NCBI GenBank assembly: GCA_036274115.1
Contig: DASUGI010000208.1
Coordinates: 3,468-67,467, forward strand
Source: Verrucomicrobiia bacterium
GTDB taxonomy: Bacteria > Verrucomicrobiota > Verrucomicrobiia > Limisphaerales > JADLHS01
Reading direction: 5' to 3'
Length of the DNA: 64,000 nt
The notes under the pieces were generated by a model. The model was not told the DNA's origin and did no database searches. It saw nothing but the letters and a program-made list of their open reading frames with translations. This document shows positions 26,962-37,096 of the stretch, one piece after another (within the stretch, counting starts at the first letter, position 1; each line of letters begins with the position of its first letter). The position numbers were made by a program, and so were the translations under genes.

Positions 26962-28425
26962 ATGGAAGGCGCGAACAACTCGATCCCGATGACTTCTCTG
27001 ATTTGGCTTAGAATTGATTTGCGCCTGGCTGACAATCCGGCACTGCACGCGGCCGTTCAACGCGGCGGCGCAATCGTGCCGGCATTCATTTATGCACCGG
27101 AAGAAGAAGCGCCGTGGTCGCCGGGGGGAGCATCGCGGTGGTGGCTGCATCAGTCGCTGAAGTCGCTGGATGTTTCGCTCCGGGCGCTTGGTTCAAGACT
27201 GGTAATTCGACGCGGTCCGAGCTTGCGGACGTTGCGAGCGTTGCTCAAAGAAACTCGCGCGACGGCGGTTTATTGGAATCGGCGATACGAGCCTGCGCTG
27301 ATCGAGCGCGACAAGCAGATCAAGGAAGCCCTCCGCGCCGATGGTGTGGAAGTCGAGATTTTTAATGCCGCATTGTTGCACGAACCATGGACGATTCAGA
27401 ACCAACGTGGCAGACCGTTTCAGGTGTTCACTCCGTTTTGGAAGCATTGCTTGAACAAACCGGATCCAGTCCCGCCGCTGACGGCAGCGCGTAAACTTGT
27501 TACACCTGACAAGTGGCCCCAGACACTGGCTTTGGAGGAATTGGAGTTGCAGCCAAAGATTGATTGGGCCGAGGGCATGCGGCGAACATGGCAGCCCGGC
27601 GAAGCCGGAGCCCAAGCGCAACTTAAAAGCTTTCTTTCGTCGGCACTCGGCAACTACTCCCAAGGCCGCAATCGTCCCGACCTCACGGGAACGTCACGAT
27701 TGTCGCCACATTTGCATTTCGGCGAAATCAGCCCGCGTCAAATCTGGCATGCCGTTCGTAAGCGGGGTGAATCGAAACGCATCAAGGGATGGCGCGATTC
27801 GCAATTTGTAAGTGAACTCGGCTGGCGCGAGTTTGCGCATCACCTGCTTTATTATTTCCCGGACACGCCCACTGAACCGTTGCGGGAGAATTTTAGAAGG
27901 TTTCCCTGGCGCAAGGACCCCGCATTTCTGGAGTGCTGGCAAAAAGGCCGGACTGGTTATCCCATCGTGGATGCCGGCATGCGCGAGTTGTGGGCGACCG
28001 GCTGGATGCACAATCGAGTGCGGATGATAGTGGCCTCGTTTCTGGTGAAGGACCTGCTGCTGTCATGGCGCGAAGGCGCCGCCTGGTTTTGGGATACTCT
28101 GGTGGACGCAGACCTCGCGCAGAATACCTTGGGCTGGCAATGGACGGCGGGCTGCGGTGCGGATGCGGCGCCGTATTTTCGCGTGTTCAATCCGGTCAGC
28201 CAGGGTGAGAAGTTCGATGCGAAGGGTGGCTATGTCCGCAAGTGGTGTCCGGAGCTTTCCAGGTTGCCTGACGAATGGCTGCACAAACCGTGGCGAGCTC
28301 CCACCGAAGTGTTGACGAAGGCCGGAGTGAGGCTCGGGCGGGACTATCCCGAACCGGTCGTCATTCACGCGATTGCTCGCGAAGTGGCGTTGGAAGCCTA
28401 CGCGAAGTTGAAACGCCAAATGTGA
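26962..28425 (+). CDS. phrB: deoxyribodipyrimidine photolyase (class I CPD photolyase / cryptochrome family)
   Basis: LIWLRIDLRLADNPAL. TGYPIVDAGMRELWATGWMHNRVRMIVASFLVKDLLLSWREGAAWFWDTLVDADLAQNTLGWQWTAGCGADAAPYFRVFNP. Start at 26962 or 26989. Confidence 0.9.
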   Translation: MEGANNSIPMTSLIWLRIDLRLADNPALHAAVQRGGAIVPAFIYAPEEEAPWSPGGASRWWLHQSLKSLDVSLRALGSRLVIRRGPSLRTLRALLKETRATAVYWNRRYEPALIERDKQIKEALRADGVEVEIFNAALLHEPWTIQNQRGRPFQVFTPFWKHCLNKPDPVPPLTAARKLVTPDKWPQTLALEELELQPKIDWAEGMRRTWQPGEAGAQAQLKSFLSSALGNYSQGRNRPDLTGTSRLSPHLHFGEISPRQIWHAVRKRGESKRIKGWRDSQFVSELGWREFAHHLLYYFPDTPTEPLRENFRRFPWRKDPAFLECWQKGRTGYPIVDAGMRELWATGWMHNRVRMIVASFLVKDLLLSWREGAAWFWDTLVDADLAQNTLGWQWTAGCGADAAPYFRVFNPVSQGEKFDAKGGYVRKWCPELSRLPDEWLHKPWRAPTEVLTKAGVRLGRDYPEPVVIHAIAREVALEAYAKLKRQM

Positions 28426-28482
28426 GTAAGTACTCAGCTTCGTTCTTGACGAGGGCTGGTGTTTTGATTCGACTGCTGGCGC

Positions 28483-28878
28483 ATGAAAAAGGGATTCTTT
28501 GCTGTCATCATCATTGCTGCAATTTGCGTCACTGGCTGCGTGAGCACGGTGACCGACGATAAGACGGCCGGCGTGAAGTTGTCCGCTGACCAATTGGAGA
28601 ACAAATATCCCGTGACGTTGCCCCAGGCCTTTGAAGCGGCCAAGCGCGCCCTGGCGAGCTACGGCAAGGTGAGTCGCGAGTTGACGCTGCTCGAGAGCAC
28701 CAACCAGGTCCGGGCGCTGGAGGGCGAAGCCAATGGCCGCAGCGTCTGGGTGCGGGTGGAAGCTCTGGAACCCCAGGTCACTTCCGTAAAGGTTCAGGCG
28801 CGTTCCACCTGGTCGGGCAGCGATATTCAAACGGCGCACGAAGTGGCCACGCGGATTGCTTTGGAACTATCAAAATGA
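28483..28878 (+). CDS. lipoprotein (DUF3568-like)
   Basis: MKKGFFAVIIIAAICVTGC lipobox. Paralogue of the next gene. Confidence 0.65.
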   Translation: MKKGFFAVIIIAAICVTGCVSTVTDDKTAGVKLSADQLENKYPVTLPQAFEAAKRALASYGKVSRELTLLESTNQVRALEGEANGRSVWVRVEALEPQVTSVKVQARSTWSGSDIQTAHEVATRIALELSK

Positions 28879-28929
28879 CATGGAGGCGCCGTGGCGGACG
28901 GCGCTTGAACCCTGGAGCATTGTTGGGCG

Positions 28930-29328
28930 ATGAAAAAAGGAATCATAATCGTTTTGGCGGCAGTCGCGTTGAGTGTGGCGGGATGTGTCAGCAAGGTGAC
29001 GCAGGACAACCCCGGCAGGGCGCCGGCGTATCGCGACCGCATTGAGGCTCAATACAAGCAACCCGCCGAAAAGGTGTTTGAGGCGGCCAAGCGCGCGTTC
29101 AACAGTTTTGGCAACATCACCCGGGAAAGCTCCCCGGCATCGGGCGCGGCTCAGCTGTGGTTTATCGAAGGCTTGATTAATGGAAATCGCGTTTACCTTC
29201 GCATTGAGGGAACCGCTGCGACGTCAACCCGGATGACTGTTCAGGTGCGTGCGCCCGGCGGCGGCACCAATCTCGTGATTGCCAATGAACTGCATCGGCA
29301 GACGGAAATCGAATTCACGCGGCGTTGA
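28930..29328 (+). CDS. lipoprotein (DUF3568-like), tandem paralogue
   Basis: MKKGIIIVLAAVALSVAGC lipobox. Shares the ...VFEAAKRA...G....RE... and ...V.VR.. blocks with the 28483 gene. Confidence 0.65.
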   Translation: MKKGIIIVLAAVALSVAGCVSKVTQDNPGRAPAYRDRIEAQYKQPAEKVFEAAKRAFNSFGNITRESSPASGAAQLWFIEGLINGNRVYLRIEGTAATSTRMTVQVRAPGGGTNLVIANELHRQTEIEFTRR

Positions 29329-29330
29329 CC

Positions 29331-30392
29331 TCAGTTGCGCTGGCGCGTAATCCGGTCCGGATGCCGCGCCCGGCTCACGGCGGTGTCGTAGCTGATAAGA
29401 CACTTGCAATAGAGGTCGTAGAGGCAATTGTCGAGCAGCACCATTCCCTCCTTCCGTCCGGTCTGGAGGATGTTTTCCAAATGATGAATCTGGTTTTCGC
29501 GGATCAGATTGCGGACGGCGCCGTTCGCTATCAACAGTTCGTAGGCCAGCACTCGGCGGGTGCGGTCCGCCGCCGGGAGTAATTCCTGGGAGATGATCCC
29601 CTGCAAGGCATTCGACAACTGCATGATGATTTGCCGCTGGGCGCTGCCCTCGAACACCCCGATGATGCGTTCGAGCGCGTGCGTCACGTTCGGCGAATGC
29701 ATGGTTGCCAGCACGAGATGGCCGGTTTCTGCCGCCGTGAGCGCCGTGGAAATGGCTTCAAAGTCCCGCATCTCGCCGACCACGAGGACGTCCGGGTCCT
29801 GGCGCAATACGTGCACGAGCGCGCGATTGAAGGAACGCACATCCGTCAACACTTCCTGCTGCACCACGATGGCGCGTTTGTTCGCGTGAACAAATTCGAT
29901 CGGGTCTTCAATGGTGACAATCTTGCACCGACGCTCGCTGTTGATGAGATCCACGAGGTAATTCAGCGTTGTCGTTTTGCCGGCTCCGGTTGGTCCCGTG
30001 ATCAGCACCAGGCCGTTGGGCTTGCGGGCCAGTTCGTCCAGGCGCTCGGGAAGTCCGAGTTCCTGTCGGGAAGAAACCCGCTCGCCGCAAAAGCGGAAGC
30101 TGATTTCGGGATGACCGTTGCGCCGGTAAAAGGTGGCCCGCACCCGGCCGGCCGCGTGGTGCAGCAATGAAATACACAGCTCCCATTCCTGCTCGAACTT
30201 TTTCTTCTGCTGTTCGTTGAGGAGACTGTCGGCCATCGCCGTGGTCTGTTCCTGGCTGAGCGCGTCTTCGTCCGCAATGATGATTTCGCCGTTCACGCGG
30301 AACGCCGGCGGCACCCCCGCCACCAGATGAAGATCCGAAGCGTCGTAATCGTTGGCCGACGCCAGCAGGCGGTCGAGGGTTTCGTTGCTCAT
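29331..30392 (-). CDS. pilT: PilT/PilU-family type IV pilus retraction-type ATPase
   Basis: SDLHLVAGVPPAFRVNGE, Walker A GPTGAGKTTTL, IVTIEDPIEF, LRQDPDVLVVGEMRD, HLVLATMHS. The ATG at 30392 overlaps the upstream stop as ATGA. Confidence 0.85.
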   Translation of the reverse strand: MSNETLDRLLASANDYDASDLHLVAGVPPAFRVNGEIIIADEDALSQEQTTAMADSLLNEQQKKKFEQEWELCISLLHHAAGRVRATFYRRNGHPEISFRFCGERVSSRQELGLPERLDELARKPNGLVLITGPTGAGKTTTLNYLVDLINSERRCKIVTIEDPIEFVHANKRAIVVQQEVLTDVRSFNRALVHVLRQDPDVLVVGEMRDFEAISTALTAAETGHLVLATMHSPNVTHALERIIGVFEGSAQRQIIMQLSNALQGIISQELLPAADRTRRVLAYELLIANGAVRNLIRENQIHHLENILQTGRKEGMVLLDNCLYDLYCKCLISYDTAVSRARHPDRITRQRN

Positions 30393-31171
30393 GAATGAAG
30401 CGTCTTTCGCCACCAGCCGCGCAGACGCTGCCAGGGTCCGACGGCGGCTAGTTCCCGAATCGCCTTGCTCACCTCAGCATTGTGGGGATCGAGTTGGATT
30501 GCCTGGGCGTAGGAATTTCGCGCCGCCCCCACCAGCCCCAACGCGTGCTGGCAGCGGCCAAGCTCCAGCCAGAGCAGAAAATGATCGGCTCTCAGTTCGA
30601 CGGCCTGTTGGGCGAGTTTCAAAGCCAGGGCGAATTGCTCGTAATAAAATCGGATTCGCGCGGCCAGCCAGCTGATAAACCAATCTTTCGGCGATAACGT
30701 GAGTGCCTTTTCAAAACAGTAATCCGCTCGCGATTCATGGCGCGCCAACAGCACGTCGCCGCGGGCGAGCCAGATGTAGGGTGTATCACCCCGCTCGGTG
30801 ATGGACGCGTCCGAAAAGGCCAGCGCACCCTGCAGGTCGCCACTGCGACCGAGCGCCACGGCTTTCGCGGCGAGCAGTTCCGGTTCTTGCGGGAATTTCT
30901 CCAGTGCCTTGTCGGCCCAAAGTTTGGCCTCGCGAAACTCGCCGAGTTCAATCAGCGCCTGCACTTGTCCGGTCCAGGCCCGGGCACTGTCGGGATTAAA
31001 CTCCAGCACCTTCGAATAATGACGGAGCGCGGATTCGAAGCGGCCATTCTCGAACGCGGTGACGGCTTCCCTGAGGTAATGAACCTCTCCTTTGACGGGC
31101 AACTGGGAATCGGAATGCGCCCGGGCGGCCTCGTGTTGGTCGTCAAACTCGAGATTTCCAAAGCGACTCAT
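30389..31171 (-). CDS. tetratricopeptide repeat protein
   Basis: Repeated A..Y...L...P....AW...G TPR pattern throughout the 260 aa. Confidence 0.75.
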   Translation of the reverse strand: MSRFGNLEFDDQHEAARAHSDSQLPVKGEVHYLREAVTAFENGRFESALRHYSKVLEFNPDSARAWTGQVQALIELGEFREAKLWADKALEKFPQEPELLAAKAVALGRSGDLQGALAFSDASITERGDTPYIWLARGDVLLARHESRADYCFEKALTLSPKDWFISWLAARIRFYYEQFALALKLAQQAVELRADHFLLWLELGRCQHALGLVGAARNSYAQAIQLDPHNAEVSKAIRELAAVGPWQRLRGWWRKTLHS

Positions 31172-31251
31172 GGCGGTTGATGGTTACAGCGGCGTTCTAT
31201 CAGGTTGCTGTGGCTATATAGCACGTACGCAACCGGTTGGCCATCAACTTT

Positions 31252-32781
31252 TCAAACCGCCGTCACGGCGCGCGGCACGCTGGCATTGCGAGCGCGGCCC
31301 TCGGCCCACGCGCGCAGCTGACCGATTTGGGCATCCATCGTTTTGGCCAGTGGCACGGTTTGCGCCAATCCGTCGAGAATGTGCTGCGTCGTCAAATCGG
31401 TATGCGCATCAAAGGCGTCGTAGAGGGCGCTATTGATGGCCTCTTCAATTTCCGCTCCACTGAAGTTCACGCTGGCGTCGGCGAGGGCTTCCAGGTCGAA
31501 CGCCGCGGCATCGCGCCCGCGCTTGTTCAAATGAATCCGGAAAACTTCCGTTCGCTCTTCATGACTCGGCAGGTCCACAAAGAAGATTTCGTCGAGCCGG
31601 CCCTTGCGCAGTAATTCCGGAGGGAGGTGGGAAATATCATTCGCGGTGGCGACGACAAACACCGGAGCTGATTTTTCCGACAACCAGGTCAGGAAGGTAC
31701 CGAACACTCTGGCGGTCGTGCCGCCATCGGTGACGCCGGACCCTTGCGCGCCGGAAAAAGACTTGTCGATTTCGTCCACCCAAAGAATGGCGGGAGCGAC
31801 CGATTCTGCCACGGCAATGGCGCGGCGGATATTTTCTTCCGATGAACCCACGAAGCTTCCGAACATTCTTCCCATGTCGAAGCGCAGCAGCGGGAGTTGC
31901 CACAGGTTTGAGACGGCTTTGGCGCAGAGACTCTTGCCGCAACCCTGCACGCCGAGCATGAGAATACCTTTCGGCGCCGGCAGTCCGAAGGCGCGCGCTT
32001 CGCTGGTAAAGGCAACGGCGCGTTTGGACAGCCATTCCTTGAGCACGGCCATTCCCCCGACGTTCTCAAAGCTCTCGGTTGTTGCGTAATACTCCAGCAA
32101 GCCACTCTTACGAATGATCTGCTGTTTCTCGGCAAAGACCTCATTCACGTCATCACCGCTCAGGCGTTCGTCCTTGACGATAATTTTGGCGAACACATTC
32201 TCAGCTTCGCCCAGGGTCAAACCCAGCGCCGCCTGCAACAAGCGCTCGCGCCCCCCATCATCAAGGTCGATTTTGACCTGCTTGAACTGCTTCACGTCGG
32301 CAATGATCTTGTCCAGCAACGCAGAGAGATCTTCCCGGGACGGCAACGGGTGATTCAGAACAGTGATTTCCTTTTCCAATTCGGTGGGGATCTCGAGTAC
32401 GGGCGACACGAGAATGATGGTTTTGAAACTGTTCTTCAGGTGGAGCGCAATTTCCTTGAGCTTGCGCGTGACGGCAAAGTTACTTTTATTGAGAAACGGA
32501 TGGAGGTCCTTGAAAACAAAAATGGCCGGTTCGACCTGTTCGATGACCTGGTCCAGGGCCGCCAGCGGCTCCTTGGTGGCGGCATTGCGATTCTTCTGCG
32601 ATTGGATGGACGTGCCGGCGGGCACGATGCCGGTGCTGTAGCTCCACTCGAAGACCTTCTTTTGCCGCTTGCGGGCGACCTCCATCACGAGTTGCTGCAC
32701 GCGCATCTCCTCGCTGGAGATGACATAGAGGATCGGGTAACGCGCGCGGATGAGCGTTTCGATTTCAGATTGAAAGTTCAT
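31252..32781 (-). CDS. AAA+ ATPase, Ycf46-like
   Basis: The N-terminus [28 protein letters not shown] is typical of Ycf46-type proteins. Walker [15 protein letters not shown], Walker [12 protein letters not shown], and SRH region [32 protein letters not shown]. Confidence 0.85.
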   Translation of the reverse strand: MNFQSEIETLIRARYPILYVISSEEMRVQQLVMEVARKRQKKVFEWSYSTGIVPAGTSIQSQKNRNAATKEPLAALDQVIEQVEPAIFVFKDLHPFLNKSNFAVTRKLKEIALHLKNSFKTIILVSPVLEIPTELEKEITVLNHPLPSREDLSALLDKIIADVKQFKQVKIDLDDGGRERLLQAALGLTLGEAENVFAKIIVKDERLSGDDVNEVFAEKQQIIRKSGLLEYYATTESFENVGGMAVLKEWLSKRAVAFTSEARAFGLPAPKGILMLGVQGCGKSLCAKAVSNLWQLPLLRFDMGRMFGSFVGSSEENIRRAIAVAESVAPAILWVDEIDKSFSGAQGSGVTDGGTTARVFGTFLTWLSEKSAPVFVVATANDISHLPPELLRKGRLDEIFFVDLPSHEERTEVFRIHLNKRGRDAAAFDLEALADASVNFSGAEIEEAINSALYDAFDAHTDLTTQHILDGLAQTVPLAKTMDAQIGQLRAWAEGRARNASVPRAVTAV

Positions 32782-32851
32782 ACAGCTCTAACTTGATTCT
32801 AGGTTTCACCGCCGACCCACACAAGCGGGCAAACGAGTCATACTCGTGCCA

Positions 32852-33334
32852 TCACCAGCAGCGAATGATCCAGTAATGCAGACTGCGCAGAAATCCAAAG
32901 CTCACGAAGCTGATTACAAAGCAGAGGTAGGTGGCGTTCACGGCCACAGCGCGACCCGCCAAAAACACTTTTACGCGATTCTTCCCATCATTGGGTATCA
33001 GACTGTACACGGCAGTCGCCGCAAATAGCAGGAGAATCGGCAGGCCAAAGGGGTGGTATTGGACACTCTCGACCAAGCGTCCGCGCAGCCCGCAACTGAG
33101 ACTGCGGGTTACGCCGCAGCCCGGACACGGCAAGCCAGTACCCTCCTGCCACCAGCAAATCGAAAAGCCTGACCCGTTCGGTGGCGTGATAAGGGCAAGC
33201 AACAGTCCAAGCCAGGCCATGAGCGTCGAGTGCCGACCCAACCACAAACGTGGCGCGTGGTCGCCGTCGGCCAACCAACGGCGCAAGGAGGTCCAACGGT
33301 TTCGAACGCCGTGGCGTTGAACGTCCTTATTCAT
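32852..33334 (-). CDS. DUF2752-like membrane protein
   Basis: CWWQEGTGLPCPGCGVTRS motif and several TM helices. The start overlaps the upstream stop as ATGA. Confidence 0.65.
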   Translation of the reverse strand: MNKDVQRHGVRNRWTSLRRWLADGDHAPRLWLGRHSTLMAWLGLLLALITPPNGSGFSICWWQEGTGLPCPGCGVTRSLSCGLRGRLVESVQYHPFGLPILLLFAATAVYSLIPNDGKNRVKVFLAGRAVAVNATYLCFVISFVSFGFLRSLHYWIIRCW

Positions 33335-33993
33335 TTTATCGTGCTACTGAGAACTCTCAGGCAGAGGTTGGTGATCACCGCAAAGCCATAAAGGATCTTG
33401 AGCGTATCGTTCTCGCAGACCTTGAAGACGAAATAGAGCGCGTAAAACGGAATGCACAGGGTCAGGAAACCGTTGACGACACCTTCCCGAAACGCGGCAA
33501 CCACGACTATCAGGTGGACCACCAGCGTGTAAAGCAGTGCGACCGCGATAAAGCCGAGCATCATCGCTGGATTGTCTCGGCCCAAAAAATAAAGGATGCC
33601 AAGGACCACAAACATAAATCCCAAATAGGGCCAGGCGGTCAGGTACCACGGGGATTCTCCGCTGGCGACTTTTGGTTTGCCCAGCGCCGCCGGCCGGCCG
33701 GCCACGGTGCGTTTGCCGGTGGATAAATTGTATCCGCAGTTTGTGCAGAGGACGGCACCGCGGGCCAGGGCACCTCCGCACGACGGGCATCCCGAGGCGC
33801 TCGAAGGAGCAGGTCCGGAGGCCGCCGTTGCCATTCGAGGTGGAGGTGGGGCGGCCGGAGCGGGCGGCGGTGGAGCGCCTGGAACGACCAGGCTGCCCTG
33901 GCAAGTCGGACAGTTGATTTGATAGCCAGCATAGGCAGGCTCAGCCTGAATGTGTTGTTGGCAGTGTGGGCAGGAAAATTTTATATCGGTCAT
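33331..33993 (-). CDS. double zinc-ribbon membrane protein
   Basis: CPHCQQH..(14)..CPTCQ, a Pro-rich linker, CPSCGG..(9)..CTNCG, then 4 predicted TM helices. Confidence 0.6.
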   Translation of the reverse strand: MTDIKFSCPHCQQHIQAEPAYAGYQINCPTCQGSLVVPGAPPPPAPAAPPPPRMATAASGPAPSSASGCPSCGGALARGAVLCTNCGYNLSTGKRTVAGRPAALGKPKVASGESPWYLTAWPYLGFMFVVLGILYFLGRDNPAMMLGFIAVALLYTLVVHLIVVVAAFREGVVNGFLTLCIPFYALYFVFKVCENDTLKILYGFAVITNLCLRVLSSTIK

Positions 33994-34154
33994 GGCCTTC
34001 GATTCGCGGGAAGTGATCTGATTGGTGGCCAGCCTGCCAAACGATCGCGCCCGGAGTCAAACAACATTGGCGGAACATTGATAAGAATCAGAGACGAGGA
34101 ACTAAATGGTTGCTGACAGGAAGCCAGACGAACCGCAGCAGAAGCCCGGATGAT

Positions 34155-34376
34155 TTAACGATCAAAAATGCGTTGCCACCACGAACGAGCCGGGCCGGGC
34201 AGGCCTTCGATTGATTTGCTGAGCCGCTCGGCAATAACCGGGGGCACTTCGGTCTGGGCAGCGTCGTGGCGCAGGAGTTCGTCCGTCGTGGCGAATTCAC
34301 GCGCCACGTTCTCCCGGGTCGATTTTGCAGCCAACTGTTGGTGCTCTTCCGCCTTTTGTTTCGATTCGTGTTTCAT
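34155..34376 (-). CDS. small hypothetical protein downstream of the ECF sigma factor
   Basis: 73 aa, starting 6 nt after the sigma gene stop. No zf-HC2 or TM anti-sigma signature. Confidence 0.4.
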   Translation of the reverse strand: MKHESKQKAEEHQQLAAKSTRENVAREFATTDELLRHDAAQTEVPPVIAERLSKSIEGLPGPARSWWQRIFDR

Positions 34377-34382
34377 TTCAAC

Positions 34383-34958
34383 TCACTCCGATCTGGCAAA
34401 CAGGGTGGCAAACATTTTTCGGGCGCGATGAAGCTTTCCCCGCACGGCGTCGGGGGATTGTTCGGTCAGGTTCGCCACTTCCTCGTAGCTCATGTCTTGA
34501 TCGGCCACGAGCAGGAGCAACAGGCGATACTCCGCGGACAAACCATCCAGCGCCTTCTGGATGCGTTGTCCCAGTTCCTTGGTTTCCAGAACGCGCAAGG
34601 GCGAATCTGCCTGAGTGGGGGTGGTTTCCCAGATGGCTTCGTCGGCATTGGTGACGAGATGCCGCGCGTTCCAGCTTTGTTGCAGGTTGTGACAATGATT
34701 GATCGTGATGCGGTAAAGCCAGGTGCGGAAGGAGGAATCACCGCGGAACTCACCGAGCTTGCGATAAACTTTCAAAAAAACATCATGCGTCGCATCCTCC
34801 GCCTTCTGCGGGTCGCCGAGATAACGCAGCGCGAGATAATAGACGGCCCGGCTGTGCTCGTCGTACAACTCGGCAAATTCCGGCGACGACGCCGTGGCCA
34901 GCCGCGGCGTGGGCAATGGCCGGGCTGCTGCTACTGAATCATTCGCGATTGATTCCAT
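34383..34958 (-). CDS. ECF-type RNA polymerase sigma-70 factor
   Basis: Region 2 DVFLKVYRKLGEFRGDSSFRTWLYRITINHCHN. Region 4 LSAEYRLLLLLVADQDMSYEEVANLTEQSPDAVRGKLHRARKMF. ATG at 34958. Confidence 0.85.
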   Translation of the reverse strand: MESIANDSVAAARPLPTPRLATASSPEFAELYDEHSRAVYYLALRYLGDPQKAEDATHDVFLKVYRKLGEFRGDSSFRTWLYRITINHCHNLQQSWNARHLVTNADEAIWETTPTQADSPLRVLETKELGQRIQKALDGLSAEYRLLLLLVADQDMSYEEVANLTEQSPDAVRGKLHRARKMFATLFARSE

Positions 34959-34999
34959 GTGGGTTGGACAAAGCAGGTGTGTCCCGCTCACGCTCCACA

Positions 35000-36253
35000 T
35001 CAGGCGGGGCGTTGCGGGTTGCCATATTTCAAACCGATGTTTTGCTCATACGTGCCGAGTTTAACAGGTTGTTTCGATTCCCTGGCCTTGAGTTCGAGTT
35101 TAAGCAGGTCGAGACGATTTCGAGCGTTTTCCGCAGCCGCCATCGTGGGGTAGCGCTCGATGATCTGATTGAGCGTCTGGGACACCACGTCGTAGCCGGT
35201 GCCGTGCCGGATTTGCAAATCCGCCAGCAGGTTCAGCCAACGAACGACGTTTTTCGATGGCTGATTGGGCTGGTCGATCAATTGCTGCAATTGATCGGCC
35301 GCAAGGTCCAGTCGTTGGAAATGGTCGGCGTAAATGACCGCCAGTTTTTCACGCGCCTCGGTGTCTTGCGGATGTTCCGTCAAGTGGCGGACGTACTCCT
35401 GCGCGTGCTGGGCCGGGTCGCTGCTGGCTGGCGCAGGCGAAGGGGCTTGAAGTAAACCGAGGTTTTCAATGCCCTTCGGCACGTGAACGCGGGGACGATC
35501 GTGCGCGGAGAGCAAGTACTCCGGATGGGCAAGATGGCCGATGCGTTGTTGGGCCAGCAAAGCAAACTCGGTGTTGGGCAGGCGATCCACGATTTTCTGC
35601 AGGTCCTGCCTGGCAGCCTCAGCGTCGAGACTATATTTGAGATGCCAGTCCGCGAGCGAATTCAGGGCGAAAGCGATGTTGCGCGGGGCATGTTTCGGCT
35701 GATTGCAGAAGCGTTCAATCGTGAGTTCCGCCCCCGGCAGGTCGTTCAAATTCTCCGCCTGGATTTCCGCCATCAGCAACTGGCCCGTGTAATCCGTGGG
35801 AAACTTTTCGAGCTGCTTGCGGATCTCAGCAATCGCTTCGTTATAGTGACCGCGTTTGCGCTTTGCCTGGGCGATGGAGTAGTACGCTTGTGGATCCAGT
35901 TCGGCGTCGCCGCCATCGTAGAGCGCCCCGAAAGGCTTGGCGACCAGCCCGGCAATTTCGTGTCGCCAGATGAGCGTGAAGTAGATGCCTAACGCCCCCA
36001 GCAACGCGACACCGAAGAACGCCACGCCGTAATCCAGTCCACGCTCAATACCATTGCGAATGTAGATGCCTACCGCAACCATGCCGACCAGGCCAAAGGC
36101 GCTGAGCACCCATTTGAAAATCAGCCGCGCCGGGTCTTCGCTTTTCTTGAGCCAGAACCACATGCCCCAGCCGATGATCGCAATGAAGAGGAGCAACGAC
36201 CCGATACTCAGGGCGATATCCAAAGCCGAACGGCTGGCAACGGCGGGCTGCAT
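35000..36253 (-). CDS. membrane-anchored tetratricopeptide repeat protein
   Basis: 4 N-terminal TM helices followed by TPR-like repeats. ATG at 36253 (the track has a TTG at 36295). Confidence 0.7.
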   Translation of the reverse strand: MQPAVASRSALDIALSIGSLLLFIAIIGWGMWFWLKKSEDPARLIFKWVLSAFGLVGMVAVGIYIRNGIERGLDYGVAFFGVALLGALGIYFTLIWRHEIAGLVAKPFGALYDGGDAELDPQAYYSIAQAKRKRGHYNEAIAEIRKQLEKFPTDYTGQLLMAEIQAENLNDLPGAELTIERFCNQPKHAPRNIAFALNSLADWHLKYSLDAEAARQDLQKIVDRLPNTEFALLAQQRIGHLAHPEYLLSAHDRPRVHVPKGIENLGLLQAPSPAPASSDPAQHAQEYVRHLTEHPQDTEAREKLAVIYADHFQRLDLAADQLQQLIDQPNQPSKNVVRWLNLLADLQIRHGTGYDVVSQTLNQIIERYPTMAAAENARNRLDLLKLELKARESKQPVKLGTYEQNIGLKYGNPQRPA

Positions 36254-36376
36254 CTTGTCAGGACTCTTTGCCCGGAGGATGAGGAATTCAAGCAAATTTG
36301 TGGTTCAAGCTGCGAAACTCTCGCGCGCTTGCCCGGTCCAAATCAAAGCCGCAAAGCGTTCCAGAATCCCATGCGC

Positions 36377-37096
36377 CTACTTCAAATCGAAGGTCAGGAT
36401 GGATCGTGAACCCGTCTGCAAGTTTTCCATTTCCATCTTTTGGAGATGCCATTGGCCATTCACCTTCTCAAAACTCGTAGGGAAGAATTGTTTCAAAAGT
36501 TTCCCCTTCGCGTCGAACGCGTCAGCGCGCACGATACCCCCTGTATCGTTGTCAACATAGGAGACGACGCGGGAATAGCTTCCGGGTGGCGCCGCCGGGT
36601 TGCGACTTTCGAGGACGCTGCACGATTCGCCGCGCTCCAGCTCCCTGCGGGTCAGAAGCTGAACCGGCCAATGAAAGAACTCGAGCCCAAGGTCCACCAG
36701 CCAGAAATCTGATCCCGCAAAGGGGAGTGCCGTTTGGTTTGGGGCGAGTTGATTGGTGCAATTCAAGCGATAAATACTTGGCGCGTCCGGCCGGTGTTCG
36801 ACGCTGAAAGTTAAGAGATTATTGGTGCCATTCATTGCTTCGTAATAGCTCGTCCAGTTCGTCTCGGTAACGATGACGCGCGAATGGAACTGAATGGTGC
36901 TGCGTTGCTTCCGCGAGGCGAGAATGAGGATGGTGCCTGAGTTGGTGAGATTGCCATCGGGTTTCGCGTTGCGAAGTTGTTTGGCTAACTCGCGTCCTTC
37001 GCGTTCGGCGGTGACCGGATCATTGGTCGTAACGGCCCGAGCCGAAAGGGCCACCAGCAGCAGGCTGAGGATCAGCCAGGCGCGAAACGCATTCAT
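36377..37096 (-). CDS. LolA-like outer-membrane lipoprotein-sorting family protein
   Basis: Signal peptide MNAFRAWLILSLLLVALSARA. FAGSDFWLVDLGLEFFHW...SCSVLES...YSRVVSYVDNDTGGIVRADAFDAKGKLLKQF...G.W pattern. Overlaps the lon stop by 4 nt. Confidence 0.6.
   Translation of the reverse strand: MNAFRAWLILSLLLVALSARAVTTNDPVTAEREGRELAKQLRNAKPDGNLTNSGTILILASRKQRSTIQFHSRVIVTETNWTSYYEAMNGTNNLLTFSVEHRPDAPSIYRLNCTNQLAPNQTALPFAGSDFWLVDLGLEFFHWPVQLLTRRELERGESCSVLESRNPAAPPGSYSRVVSYVDNDTGGIVRADAFDAKGKLLKQFFPTSFEKVNGQWHLQKMEMENLQTGSRSILTFDLK

Noticed and set aside
24437-28425. Long N-terminal extensions in the ORF track (24437-25243, 25481-26608, 26839-28425; also 5605-8004 and 8045-9637)
   Set aside because: The extensions are Arg/Pro-rich, overlap neighbouring genes or repeats, and precede an internal ATG/GTG that gives a canonical N-terminus or signal peptide. 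I used the trimmed starts instead.
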